A DNA stretch of 64,000 bases from Verrucomicrobiota bacterium (GTDB lineage Bacteria > Verrucomicrobiota > Verrucomicrobiia > Limisphaerales > JADLHS01), in contig JABFSR010000045.1 in NCBI GenBank assembly GCA_013140495.1, positions 825 through 64,824 of the forward strand, given 5' to 3'. Of this stretch, positions 15,855-23,586 are shown piece after piece. Under the pieces are notes generated by a model. It had not been told where the DNA came from and searched no databases. It was given only the letters and a program-made list of their open reading frames with translations. The position numbers were made by a program, and so were the translations under genes. How positions within the stretch are numbered: position 1 is the first letter of the stretch; each line of letters opens with the position of its first letter.

Positions 15855-16538
15855 ATGAAACCGAAACAAATTACGGTCCTGCTCGCGGAAGACCATACCA
15901 TCGTGCGCGAGGGGTTTCGCAAGATGCTCGAACTCGAAGACGACATTACAATCGTCGGCGAAGCGCAAGACGGCCGTCAGGCGGTTGCCCTGGTCAAAAA
16001 ACTTTGCCCCGCCGTGGTCTTGATGGACATCGCCATGCCCCTGCTCAACGGTTTGGAAGCCACGCGCCAGGTGCTCAAAGCCGTCCCCACCACCAAAATA
16101 ATCATCCTCTCGGCGCACAGCGATGACGCGTATGTCTCCAACGCGACCGAGTCCGGCGCGGTGGGCTTTCTGCTCAAACAAACCTCGGCCCACGACGTGT
16201 GCCGGGCCATCCGGGAAGTCCACCAGGGGAAAACTTTTTTTAGTCCTTCGATTTCCAAGCGTCAAGATCGGCTCCATCCGCAAGCGCCTGACCGCGTTGG
16301 AGCGCTCAAGAAGAAAGCCGCGCAATTGACTTCGCGCGAGATGGAAGTGCTCCAGCTCATCGCCGAAGGCAAGGCCAACAAGGAAACCGCGGTGGAACTC
16401 GGCATCGGCATGAAGACGGTCGAGAAGCATCGCGAGCATCTCATGGAGAAACTCGACATCCACGACACGGCCGGACTCACCCGTTACGCCATCAGTGCGG
16501 GCATCATCGAGAGCAGCGTGCAGTTGACGATTATCTAG
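15855..16538 (+). CDS. NarL/LuxR-family response regulator (REC + GerE HTH), paralogue of 11873..12550
   Basis: ITVLLAEDHTIVREG..VVLMDIAMPLLNG..IILSAH. HTH: LTSREMEVLQLIAEGKANKETAVELGIGMKTVEKHREHLMEKLDIHD. Confidence 0.9.
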   Translation: MKPKQITVLLAEDHTIVREGFRKMLELEDDITIVGEAQDGRQAVALVKKLCPAVVLMDIAMPLLNGLEATRQVLKAVPTTKIIILSAHSDDAYVSNATESGAVGFLLKQTSAHDVCRAIREVHQGKTFFSPSISKRQDRLHPQAPDRVGALKKKAAQLTSREMEVLQLIAEGKANKETAVELGIGMKTVEKHREHLMEKLDIHDTAGLTRYAISAGIIESSVQLTII

Positions 16539-16665
16539 GTGGGGTGAGGGAGGTCGTGCAAACTAATTTAATTTGTGTTTGCTATCGTCCTGCGCGGGAG
16601 GCTGGGCAAACAGTTGCATGGGGTCAATGCCGCGCCACCGCTCACGCTTTTGCATAAACAGATTT

Positions 16666-16685
16666 GGTAGGGTAACACCCCATAT
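16666..16685 (+). promoter_or_regulatory. conserved box, site 7
   Basis: GGTAGGGTAACACCCCATAT, ending 32 nt before ATG 16718. An extra inverted half-site ATGGGGT lies at 16618. Confidence 0.45.
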
Positions 16686-16717
16686 CGCTTGCAGGTTGCC
16701 TCTCCTAATATGAGTTC

Positions 16718-16906
16718 ATGAAAGCCAATCAAGCGAAGAAGGCATTGATGTTTCGTGTGTTCATCATGGCTTTGTTCGATGACCGGGGTAAACGATCCGC
16801 CGGAGGGCTTGTAATGCCCGCCGTCAACGCAACTCGCGTTAAGTTTCAAGGCACAACACTTCATTTTTCCTGGGCGGAGTCTCGATTGGAATCGCGCTTC
16901 CTATGA
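16718..16906 (+). CDS. hypothetical small protein (62 aa)
   Basis: ORF 35 nt downstream of the conserved box. ATGA overlap with the next ORF. No recognisable domain. Locally AT-richer DNA. Confidence 0.25.
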   Translation: MKANQAKKALMFRVFIMALFDDRGKRSAGGLVMPAVNATRVKFQGTTLHFSWAESRLESRFL

Positions 16907-17121
16907 ACGATCTTCTTGAAATTTGTTCCAACAGATCCGAAACGGTTGACCTTTGCAACGACGACTTCGCGGTCGTCCAGAAAGCAAACGGAAGTCCCGC
17001 GAACAAAAGTCGCTCCTGGACGCGCTGGTTGAAAGCGACCGTCCAGACCATTGATTCCCGACGTGATGAGCTTGAACGAACGCATTGGAAAAAGGTGTGG
17101 CGCTCGATGGTTGAGGAGTGA
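16903..17121 (+). CDS. hypothetical small protein (72 aa)
   Basis: Translationally coupled (ATGA) to the preceding ORF. Charged, helical-looking C-terminal half (DSRRDELERTHWKKVWRSMVEE). Confidence 0.25.
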   Translation: MNDLLEICSNRSETVDLCNDDFAVVQKANGSPANKSRSWTRWLKATVQTIDSRRDELERTHWKKVWRSMVEE

Positions 17122-17191
17122 ACCGGCCGCAACCGCAATCAGATGGCTTGGAAACTGGAAACAATGAACCCGACAACCAGGAATTGAACAA

Positions 17192-17302
17192 ATGATTCTC
17201 ACAAGCATGGTTTTCATCTGGCTCGGTTTGACACTGCTGTTTACGATCGCTCTGTGCTGGGCTGCTGGCGGCACGACGCCCAAGCCCGGGATCCCCGATT
17301 GA
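17192..17302 (+). CDS. possible 36-aa single-TM peptide
   Basis: Hand-translated: MILTSMVFIWLGLTLLFTIALCWAAGGTTPKPGIPD*. Below the track cutoff. No obvious SD. Confidence 0.15.
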   Translation: MILTSMVFIWLGLTLLFTIALCWAAGGTTPKPGIPD

Positions 17303-17333
17303 AACACCTGCTGGCCGCTTTGTTTCAACGCGT

Positions 17334-17351
17334 ATGGGGTGAACACCCCAT
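17334..17351 (+). promoter_or_regulatory. conserved box, site 8: perfect 8-2-8 palindrome upstream of the heptad-repeat LuxR gene
   Basis: ATGGGGTGaaCACCCCAT, 39 nt upstream of ATG 17390. Confidence 0.5.
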
Positions 17352-17389
17352 GGCGACCGCAGAGTAGTAGTGCCTATCTTTAGGCAGTT

Positions 17390-18019
17390 ATGCCTTCAAA
17401 GGACTCTTTCAAAACAGAACGCCAACCGTCACCAGTCGAAGATTCCAACCCAACGGTGACGGGTGATGGAGGTGAAAAGAGGAAGAATCAAGACCCGGTT
17501 GTGGTCGCCGCCAAGACGCGGGTGGAGCAGGCCGAAGCCCGAACCGAGCAGGCCGAGGCGCGCACCGAGCAAGCCAAGACGCGGGCCGAATCTGCCGAGA
17601 CGCGCACTGAGCAAGCCGAAGCCCGGACAGAACAGGCAAAGACCCGGACGGAACAGGCGGAAGTCAGAACGGAGCAAGCCGAAACCCGGACAGAACAGGC
17701 GGAGACGGCGTTGGAAAATGCGGTTCATCCGGAAGGCAACTTGCGGCGGGATGTTTCCGCGCGGCTCCACAAAGAGTTTCCCGTCGCGGGAATTGACGAC
17801 CATGCCTATCCGCTCGAACAGTTGACGAGCCGCCAGCGCGAAATTCTCCAACTCATCGCCGAAGGTCAGAACACCAAACAGATCGCGGACATCCTCAAAG
17901 TCAGTCCCAAGACCGTCGAGTATCATCGCATGAAGTTGATGGCCGGCCTGAACCTTCATGATATTCCCGGCTTGGTGCGCTATGCCATGCGTGTGGGTTT
18001 GATAGCGCCTGAATGCTGA
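17390..18019 (+). CDS. LuxR/GerE-HTH transcription regulator with N-terminal heptad-repeat (coiled-coil) region and no receiver domain
   Basis: C-terminal LTSRQREILQLIAEGQNTKQIADILKVSPKTVEYHRMKLMAGLNLHDIPGLVRYAMRVGLI. The N-terminal half has ten 7-aa units of type (E/K)(A/T)RTEQA. A perfect 8-2-8 palindrome lies 39 nt upstream. Confidence 0.75.
   Translation: MPSKDSFKTERQPSPVEDSNPTVTGDGGEKRKNQDPVVVAAKTRVEQAEARTEQAEARTEQAKTRAESAETRTEQAEARTEQAKTRTEQAEVRTEQAETRTEQAETALENAVHPEGNLRRDVSARLHKEFPVAGIDDHAYPLEQLTSRQREILQLIAEGQNTKQIADILKVSPKTVEYHRMKLMAGLNLHDIPGLVRYAMRVGLIAPEC
17513..17722 (+). repeat. 10 x 21-nt in-frame tandem repeat encoding KTRVEQA EARTEQA EARTEQA KTRAESA ETRTEQA EARTEQA KTRTEQA EVRTEQA ETRTEQA ETALENA
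   Basis: Read directly. Units differ mainly at synonymous or conservative positions (gcccgaacc / gcgcgcacc / acgcgcact / gcccggaca / acccggacg ...). Confidence 0.9.
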
Positions 18020-18055
18020 GGCGCGTTCTCACGCCGGAAAGTTTGGCTCCATCCA

Positions 18056-18379
18056 CTACCACAATTCATGGCCATGTTCTTTGAAGCGTCGTTGAATCCT
18101 GCTCCAGTCGCCGTTGAGCTGGATCGTTTGCTCAAGACTGCCACCCGTCTTGTCAGGATGCACGCAAACAATCTGCCTCCGGTAAAGCTGGCGTGCCTCT
18201 TCCAAAACCTGCAAATGATTGATTCGTCGCTCCCAAAACGATCCACACTGACGCTGTCCCCGGACGTAGAGCAACCGGTTTGGCACCCCCACCGTTTTCA
18301 AGAGCCCGACTATTTGCCTGGTATTCCCGGAACTCTTTGAGTTTCGGCATCTGCTGCGAACAAGAGGTGTTGAGTTCAT
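18056..18379 (-). CDS. possible small J-domain-like protein
   Basis: EEARQLYRRQIVCVHPDKTGGSLEQTIQLNGDWSRIQ resembles J-domain helix II, HPD loop and helix III (AYRKLA..HPDK.GGS.E.F..IN.AY..L). The N-terminal part is unconvincing and may be frameshifted relative to an upstream ORF beginning MEKYELNTSC. Confidence 0.3.
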   Translation of the reverse strand: MNSTPLVRSRCRNSKSSGNTRQIVGLLKTVGVPNRLLYVRGQRQCGSFWERRINHLQVLEEARQLYRRQIVCVHPDKTGGSLEQTIQLNGDWSRIQRRFKEHGHELW

Positions 18380-18671
18380 ATTTTTCCATGGTTGGGAAAT
18401 TCGATCCCGCTACACCAAGCCGCCCGCCGTAGCCGAAGCCCTGCGGTTCTGCGCCCCAGCTGATTGAGTCTCGCGTACGATACCGGAGAGATGCCATCTC
18501 CAATGGCCGGCCCGCATGGCCGCCACAAGGTGCAGACATGACCGTCCCCAACATCTTTGGCTGAGATAGCGCGTCATAGTTTTTCCTTTCGTTGCTTCCA
18601 GACCGGTGACTGAAGGAGCGATTTCGCCCCGGTTGCGGGCGACAAAAAGCTCCCTGCATCGAGTGACCCGT

Positions 18672-19277
18672 TCAGGGCATTTGTTGTGTGCGATAATACC
18701 GTTTCGCGAAACTCGGCGCGTTCGTATCAGTGAAGTCCGCTGAAGCACTCGCGCCCAGCGTAACAGTGCCAATGACAGTCCAACCGGTAAAAGTCTGTGT
18801 TGCCAGAATATCGTACGATTTACCGATCAACCCTTTTACAGTCAGAACGGCCTGCCTGTTGGCCATGACGCGAATCTGGAGCATGGGAAGCCCTGGCATA
18901 TAACTGATCTCATTCGATGGGGCACTCTCCAGTCCGCTCGCGGTATAACCAGTGATGGCAAAGAAATAAGTCACGCCGCTCTCCAGACCTGGAACAGTAT
19001 TGGTCGTTACGTTTCCCACTGTAACGCTGTTCGTATAGTTCCCGCTCGCAGCGCCATAATAGACGCGATAGCCGGTCACGCTGCTGTCGGAACTGCGATC
19101 CCAAGCCAGGGCCACGCTGTACGGACCGGGGAGTGTTACGCTGAGAGCCGGAACCGGGTTGTGGAGCAAGGCGAGTAACAGGATCCCTCCCAGAACTCTT
19201 GTGAGTCCCATGAATCCTGAAAACCATGTCAAAGCTCCGTTGGTACGAGCAACCGTTTGTTCAGAGATTTTTTGCAT
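18672..19277 (-). CDS. secreted fibronectin type III domain protein
   Basis: Signal anchor LTRVLGGILLLALLHNPVPALS. FN3: YSVALAWDRSSDSSVTGYRVYYGAASGNYTNSVTVGNVTTNTVPGLESGVTYFFAITGYTASGLESAPSNEISY. C-terminal beta-rich module ending ..RYYRTQQMP. Confidence 0.7.
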   Translation of the reverse strand: MQKISEQTVARTNGALTWFSGFMGLTRVLGGILLLALLHNPVPALSVTLPGPYSVALAWDRSSDSSVTGYRVYYGAASGNYTNSVTVGNVTTNTVPGLESGVTYFFAITGYTASGLESAPSNEISYMPGLPMLQIRVMANRQAVLTVKGLIGKSYDILATQTFTGWTVIGTVTLGASASADFTDTNAPSFAKRYYRTQQMP

Positions 19278-19521
19278 GAGTACCGTTACGTCTCACCGGG
19301 GATGAACGCGACTAGGCCGTTCCTTGCCACCGTTGGGAAATTCCTTGGTCTCAGTTCTGGGAAGCACGGCGGGCAACCTTCAGTCCCAACTCTTGATTTT
19401 CATCGCAAGCTCAATCACCCCATCCGGATCAAACCGTCGAGATTTACAAAGCAGATCACGAGTGAGACGAAGATTTTGATCAAGACCGAAACAAACCTGT
19501 CCGCGACTTCCAATCCCGCCT

Positions 19522-19542
19522 GGTAGGGTAACACCCCATAGC
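19522..19542 (+). promoter_or_regulatory. conserved box, site 9, upstream of the CBM48-elaB-yqjE-yqjK operon
   Basis: GGTAGGGTAACACCCCATAGC, about 90 nt upstream of ATG 19632. Confidence 0.45.
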
Positions 19543-19631
19543 ACCGGCGAGGTCTTCCGGTGCATTGTGGCGATGGGAAACGGAACGCGCTTCCAAAATC
19601 AAGAGGCCTCCATCCCGAAGAACTACCCACC

Positions 19632-20018
19632 ATGAAACACAACCATAACCATGACAATGCTCCGGGCGCTGCGCAGGAATTGATGCCGGTTCACTTTGAG
19701 TTTACTCATCTGACAGCCGCCGTCGTTTGCGTTGCGGGCACGTTCAACGACTGGCACCCCACCACTAAATCCATGCATCCAGCAGGGAGCGGTCATTGGA
19801 TGAAGGAAGCCTTCTTGCCACCCGGCAAATACGAATACTGTCTGGTGGTGGACGGCCAATGGATGCCCGATCCCCTCGCCCTGGAAACCGTGCCCAACCC
19901 ATTCGGCGGGAGAAACTCAATCTTGAATGTGGCTCGCTCCCCGGAAGCCGCCCATCGGGCGGATGCGCAAAATTTACCGTTGAAAAACACAAACAAAAAG
20001 ACAACTCGACAATTATGA
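19632..20018 (+). CDS. stand-alone CBM48 / AMPK-beta-like glycogen-binding (E-set) domain protein
   Basis: PVHFEFTHLTAAVVCVAGTFNDWHPTTKSMHPAGSGHWMKEAFLPPGKYEYCLVVDGQWMPDP. Internal ATG of ORF 19560..20018. Its stop overlaps the next start (ATGA). Confidence 0.75.
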   Translation: MKHNHNHDNAPGAAQELMPVHFEFTHLTAAVVCVAGTFNDWHPTTKSMHPAGSGHWMKEAFLPPGKYEYCLVVDGQWMPDPLALETVPNPFGGRNSILNVARSPEAAHRADAQNLPLKNTNKKTTRQL

Positions 20019-20320
20019 ACAAACAAACACAAGCAATCAGTAATGACGTAAGCCAGCTGGCCGAAGACGCGCGCGCCTTGCTCACCGCCACCGCCGATGT
20101 CGCCGGAGAAAAAGTCGGGGAGGCCCGCAAACGTCTTGCCGTCGCGCTGGAAAGCGGGAAGGAAATCTACAGTCGCGTTCGCGACAAGGCGGTCGAAGGC
20201 GCGAAGGTTGCTGACCAAACCGTCCGCGAGAATCCCTATCAAGCCATTGCCATCGGCGTCGGGGTTGGGGCGCTGATCGGCTATCTGGTCGGTCGCAGGT
20301 GTTCCCGCAACTGCGATTGA
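20015..20320 (+). CDS. ElaB/YqjD/DUF883 family membrane-anchored ribosome-associated protein
   Basis: MNKQTQAISNDVSQLAEDARALL..AGEKVGEARKRLAVALESGKE..VRENPYQAIAIGVGVGALIGYLVGRR (C-terminal TM anchor). Internal start of ORF 19796..20320. Confidence 0.8.
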   Translation: MNKQTQAISNDVSQLAEDARALLTATADVAGEKVGEARKRLAVALESGKEIYSRVRDKAVEGAKVADQTVRENPYQAIAIGVGVGALIGYLVGRRCSRNCD

Positions 20321-20327
20321 TTTCGTT

Positions 20328-20717
20328 ATGGAAGAATCCCCCGTCAGCTTCAAGCAACTGGCCGCAACCTCGAAACAGTTTGTGCGCCGGTTGTTGACCA
20401 TCGGTGAAAACCGGCTCGAATTGCTGACGGTGGAAGTGCAGGAGGAGCGTGAGCGCCTCCTGCACTCTATTCTGTTGGCGTTCGGCGTAGCGGCGTTCGG
20501 TCTGCTCGCTTGTATTTCGCTCACGGCAGCCATCGTGGTTTTGCTGTGGGCTTGGTCACCCGTGGCAGTCCTTCTGACACTGACCGCCCTTCACGGTGCC
20601 GCGGGGATTTGTCTTTACCGGCAACTCACCATCCGACTGCGTGACGCGCAGACGCTCGCCGCCACCCTCGATCAACTCCGAAAGGACCGCGCATGTTTGG
20701 AAAAAACCCTCGAATGA
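20328..20717 (+). CDS. YqjE-like (DUF1469, holin-X family) membrane protein
   Basis: LLTIGENRLELLTVEVQEERERLL followed by two TM spans. Same position as yqjE after yqjD in E. coli. Confidence 0.7.
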   Translation: MEESPVSFKQLAATSKQFVRRLLTIGENRLELLTVEVQEERERLLHSILLAFGVAAFGLLACISLTAAIVVLLWAWSPVAVLLTLTALHGAAGICLYRQLTIRLRDAQTLAATLDQLRKDRACLEKTLE

Positions 20718-21007
20718 ATCCGCTCGCATCGCGGAAACGTATTTTGATCGCGGAAAGCGAACTCAACCGTGCGCACCTGGTTCAAGACTGGCAGACGCTG
20801 GCGGACGAAGCTCACGCGCTGGCTGACGAGGTGCGAACCATTCGTTCCATGGCGTCCGCCGCTGCATCGTTGATGGCCGGGCTCGCCGCCCTGCGCCGCA
20901 AAAAATCTGTACCCGCTGAAAAACCCGCGTGGTGGCAAACCCTTTTGAAAGGCGGGCAAACGATCAGCTCGCTTTGGTCAGAATTCCGCCAGCGACCAAA
21001 ACAATAA
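20714..21007 (+). CDS. YqjK-like protein
   Basis: ATGA overlap with the preceding stop. RKRILIAESELNRAHLVQDWQTL.. then a hydrophobic segment. Matches the third position of the E. coli yqjD-yqjE-yqjK arrangement. Confidence 0.5.
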   Translation: MNPLASRKRILIAESELNRAHLVQDWQTLADEAHALADEVRTIRSMASAAASLMAGLAALRRKKSVPAEKPAWWQTLLKGGQTISSLWSEFRQRPKQ

Positions 21008-21044
21008 CTCCATCTTTGTTTTGAAAACAAAATCATGGTGACTC

Positions 21045-21944
21045 ATGAGTTGGAGTCCATTGAACATTACCGTCCGGGTCGGCTGCAACCTTGCCTATCA
21101 AACAACCGTGGCAACACCGGTGCTGTTCGTGCTCAAGCCACGGCTCGAAGGCAAGGTGCTCGTGATGCAGGAAAAGCTTTCGTTCGGCATCGGGCTGCCG
21201 TCGTATGAATTTCAGGACAGCCACGGCAACATCACGTATCGCTCGACCTTCATGCCGGGGCGGAATGAAATCCGACACGATGCGCTCGTCGCCGTTTCCT
21301 CGCTGCCGGACAGCCGGGAGATTTTTGGCAACATCATGCCCGTGGGCCAGCTCCCGCATGAGTTGTTGCGCTACACGTTGCCGAGCCGTTATTGCGATTC
21401 GGACAAGCTGATGAATTTCGCGTGGCAACAATTCGGCCAGATCACCCACGGTCTGCCGCGCGTGCAAGCCATCTGCGACTGGGTTCACAACAACATCGAA
21501 TACCGCTACATGTCCGGTCGCTCCGATCTATCCGCGTCCGAGGTCATTGCCCGCCGCTACGGTGTGTGTCGTGATTTTGCGCATGCGGCGATTGCGCTCT
21601 GCCGTGCCTTCAATCTACCTGCCCGCTACGTGACTGGTCACTTGCCGGACATCGGCTTTATTGATCCCGGCACACCGATGGATTTCCACGCTTACTGCGA
21701 AGTCTATCTGGGCAACGAATGGCTAACCTTCGATCCGCGCTTCAACGTGCCGCGCATCGGTCGCGTCAAAGTCGCCCACGGTGCAGACGCGGTGGACGGT
21801 GCCTTCGCCACGATTTATGGTGAGGCCAATCTTACGCACTTCGAAGTCTGGGCCTATCAGGTAAATCCCAGCCAAGTTTCCGTTGGCGATCCGATTGATT
21901 TGTCCAAGCGGCTTGATGGCAATCAAGAGGTGCGGCTCAGCTAG
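21045..21944 (+). CDS. transglutaminase-like cysteine protease family protein
   Basis: Core RYGVCRDFAHAAIALCRAFNLPARYVTGH..DFHAYCEVYLGNEWLTFDP (Cys-His-Asp). Confidence 0.85.
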   Translation: MSWSPLNITVRVGCNLAYQTTVATPVLFVLKPRLEGKVLVMQEKLSFGIGLPSYEFQDSHGNITYRSTFMPGRNEIRHDALVAVSSLPDSREIFGNIMPVGQLPHELLRYTLPSRYCDSDKLMNFAWQQFGQITHGLPRVQAICDWVHNNIEYRYMSGRSDLSASEVIARRYGVCRDFAHAAIALCRAFNLPARYVTGHLPDIGFIDPGTPMDFHAYCEVYLGNEWLTFDPRFNVPRIGRVKVAHGADAVDGAFATIYGEANLTHFEVWAYQVNPSQVSVGDPIDLSKRLDGNQEVRLS

Positions 21945-21953
21945 TGCCTTGAT

Positions 21954-23411
21954 TTACTCCATCGCGGCCAGCAGTTCATCCAGCGAAACGGTGGCAAAGC
22001 TCGTTGCAGAATCACTCATCGCGTAAGGGATGATGAGTTCGCGGCCTTGCAGCAAGGCGCCGCAGGTGTACACCACGTTCGGCACATAACCTTCGCGCTC
22101 GGCTTCGTTCGGGGCGAGCAACGGTTCAAGCAAACGACCGATGACGCGCGTGGGGTCGTTCAAGTCGAGCAGGAACGCGCCGAGACAATACTTCCGCATC
22201 GCACCCACGCCGTGGCTCAACACCAGCCAGCCCGCTTCAGTTTCAATCGGCGAACCGCAGTTGCCCAGCTTGATGAATTCCCACGGCTGCGTCGGCGAAA
22301 GCAAAACTTTCGGCGTCTGCCAGAAATGGATGTTGTCGGAAAACATCAGGAGAATGTTCTCGTCGTCCTGCCGTGAGAGCATGACGTATTGCCCGTTGAT
22401 TTTGCGCGGGAACAACGCCATGCCTTTGTTCTGCACGGCAGGGCCGTTGAGCGTGCTGAATTTGAAATGCACGAAATCCGGCGTCTCCAGCAATTGCGGC
22501 AATGTGATCTTGCCATCATACGCGGTGTAGGTCGCGTAGTAGGTGAAAGTGCCGTCGTCATTCTGGAAGCGGACGAAGCGCGCGTCTTCGATGCCATTGC
22601 TCTGGCTCGGCGCGGACGGAAACAGCACGCGCTGCGAGACGCGACTGTCCGGCGCGAAGTTCACTTCGTAGTTCGACTCCGCCAGCAACAGGATGCCCCG
22701 CGCCGCCCACGCTGCCGTGGCATCGGAAGTTTCCGTCAAACCGGACGCCGCCAGTACCGCGTGGAGATCTTTCAGCGTAAAATCGTCGTGCAACTGGGCC
22801 AGCACGCGTTTGCAGAAATCATTTTGCACCCCTGCCTCCTCCAGTTTGTGCGTGAACAACCCCTTGGCGTAGGCGGCATTGGGCACGCGCTCCGGCTCGG
22901 TCACAAACGGCACAGCGGGCGCGAGCGTGATGCGATGTTGCGTACTGACCTTGCCGGTGCGGAACGTGATGGAAGAAATGTGTCCCTCACCCGTGGCGCG
23001 CAGACTCATGATGAAGCGCAACACGCCCTTGGCCAAACCACTCTGATCGGGATGCGGCACAATGGACGGATTGAACAACGCCGCCGACTCCGGCGAATAC
23101 TCGTGCGTGAAGAAAGCGCCGATGAGCATCTGCCGCTCGGGCGACGGCGTCGCGTCGGGTTCGAGGTGGTGCTTCACCTGCGCGAAGCGTTTATGAAAAT
23201 AATCCTCCACCCGTTCATGCCGGTCGGAGAACTCGCCGATCACCTGACCTAACAACCTGGCGACTTCCTCCTCCGGCAAAGCCATGACCCGCGCGATGAT
23301 GCGCCGCGAGATGTCATCCGTGCTGGGCCGGAACGGCCTTAGCAGCACGCGTGAACGATCCGGGATCAATGTCGGCCCGATGCGTTTGGCGTGAAGGGCG
23401 GTGACTTTCAA
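21954..23411 (-). CDS. GH130-family glycoside phosphorylase/hydrolase-like protein with ~170 aa N-terminal extension
   Basis: GIEDARFVRF..YYATYTAYDG..GMALFPRKINGQYVMLSR..NCGSPIETEAGWLVLSHGVG..YCLGAFLLDLNDP..VPNVVYTCG. The track ATG (23657) would overlap the upstream kinase by 71 nt, so I chose the in-frame TTG at 23411. The start is uncertain. Confidence 0.8.
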   Translation of the reverse strand: MKVTALHAKRIGPTLIPDRSRVLLRPFRPSTDDISRRIIARVMALPEEEVARLLGQVIGEFSDRHERVEDYFHKRFAQVKHHLEPDATPSPERQMLIGAFFTHEYSPESAALFNPSIVPHPDQSGLAKGVLRFIMSLRATGEGHISSITFRTGKVSTQHRITLAPAVPFVTEPERVPNAAYAKGLFTHKLEEAGVQNDFCKRVLAQLHDDFTLKDLHAVLAASGLTETSDATAAWAARGILLLAESNYEVNFAPDSRVSQRVLFPSAPSQSNGIEDARFVRFQNDDGTFTYYATYTAYDGKITLPQLLETPDFVHFKFSTLNGPAVQNKGMALFPRKINGQYVMLSRQDDENILLMFSDNIHFWQTPKVLLSPTQPWEFIKLGNCGSPIETEAGWLVLSHGVGAMRKYCLGAFLLDLNDPTRVIGRLLEPLLAPNEAEREGYVPNVVYTCGALLQGRELIIPYAMSDSATSFATVSLDELLAAME

Positions 23412-23586
23412 AATAAATCGCGGCTGCGCGGCAAGGTGGTTGGAAAGGAGGAAGACTTGTTCATCGTCTCCAGTCTCGCCTGCAAGACTGGGAAAGCGAG
23501 CATTCTTCCCGCGAACATGATCGCCAGGAACAAGGCGGAGATTGAAGTTGTTGTGCGGCGGCCGAGGGGAAATCCACAGCGCGCCA

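Noticed and set aside
16568-17346. Minus-strand ORFs (98, 99, 96 and 161 aa) in the AT-richer gap
   Set aside because: They have no motifs, odd Cys/Ser/Arg-rich composition, and overlap one another. The plus-strand coupled small ORFs downstream of the box are marginally more plausible, but they too are low confidence.
17513-17722. Regular 21-nt repeats considered as a possible CRISPR-like or VNTR array
   Set aside because: There are no spacers. The repeats are contiguous, in frame, and encode a clean heptad repeat inside a LuxR-family ORF.
21001-21030. ctttgttttgaaaacaaaatc after the yqjK-like gene as a terminator
   Set aside because: The GTTTT/AAAAC arms leave only a one-base loop, so no stable hairpin forms.
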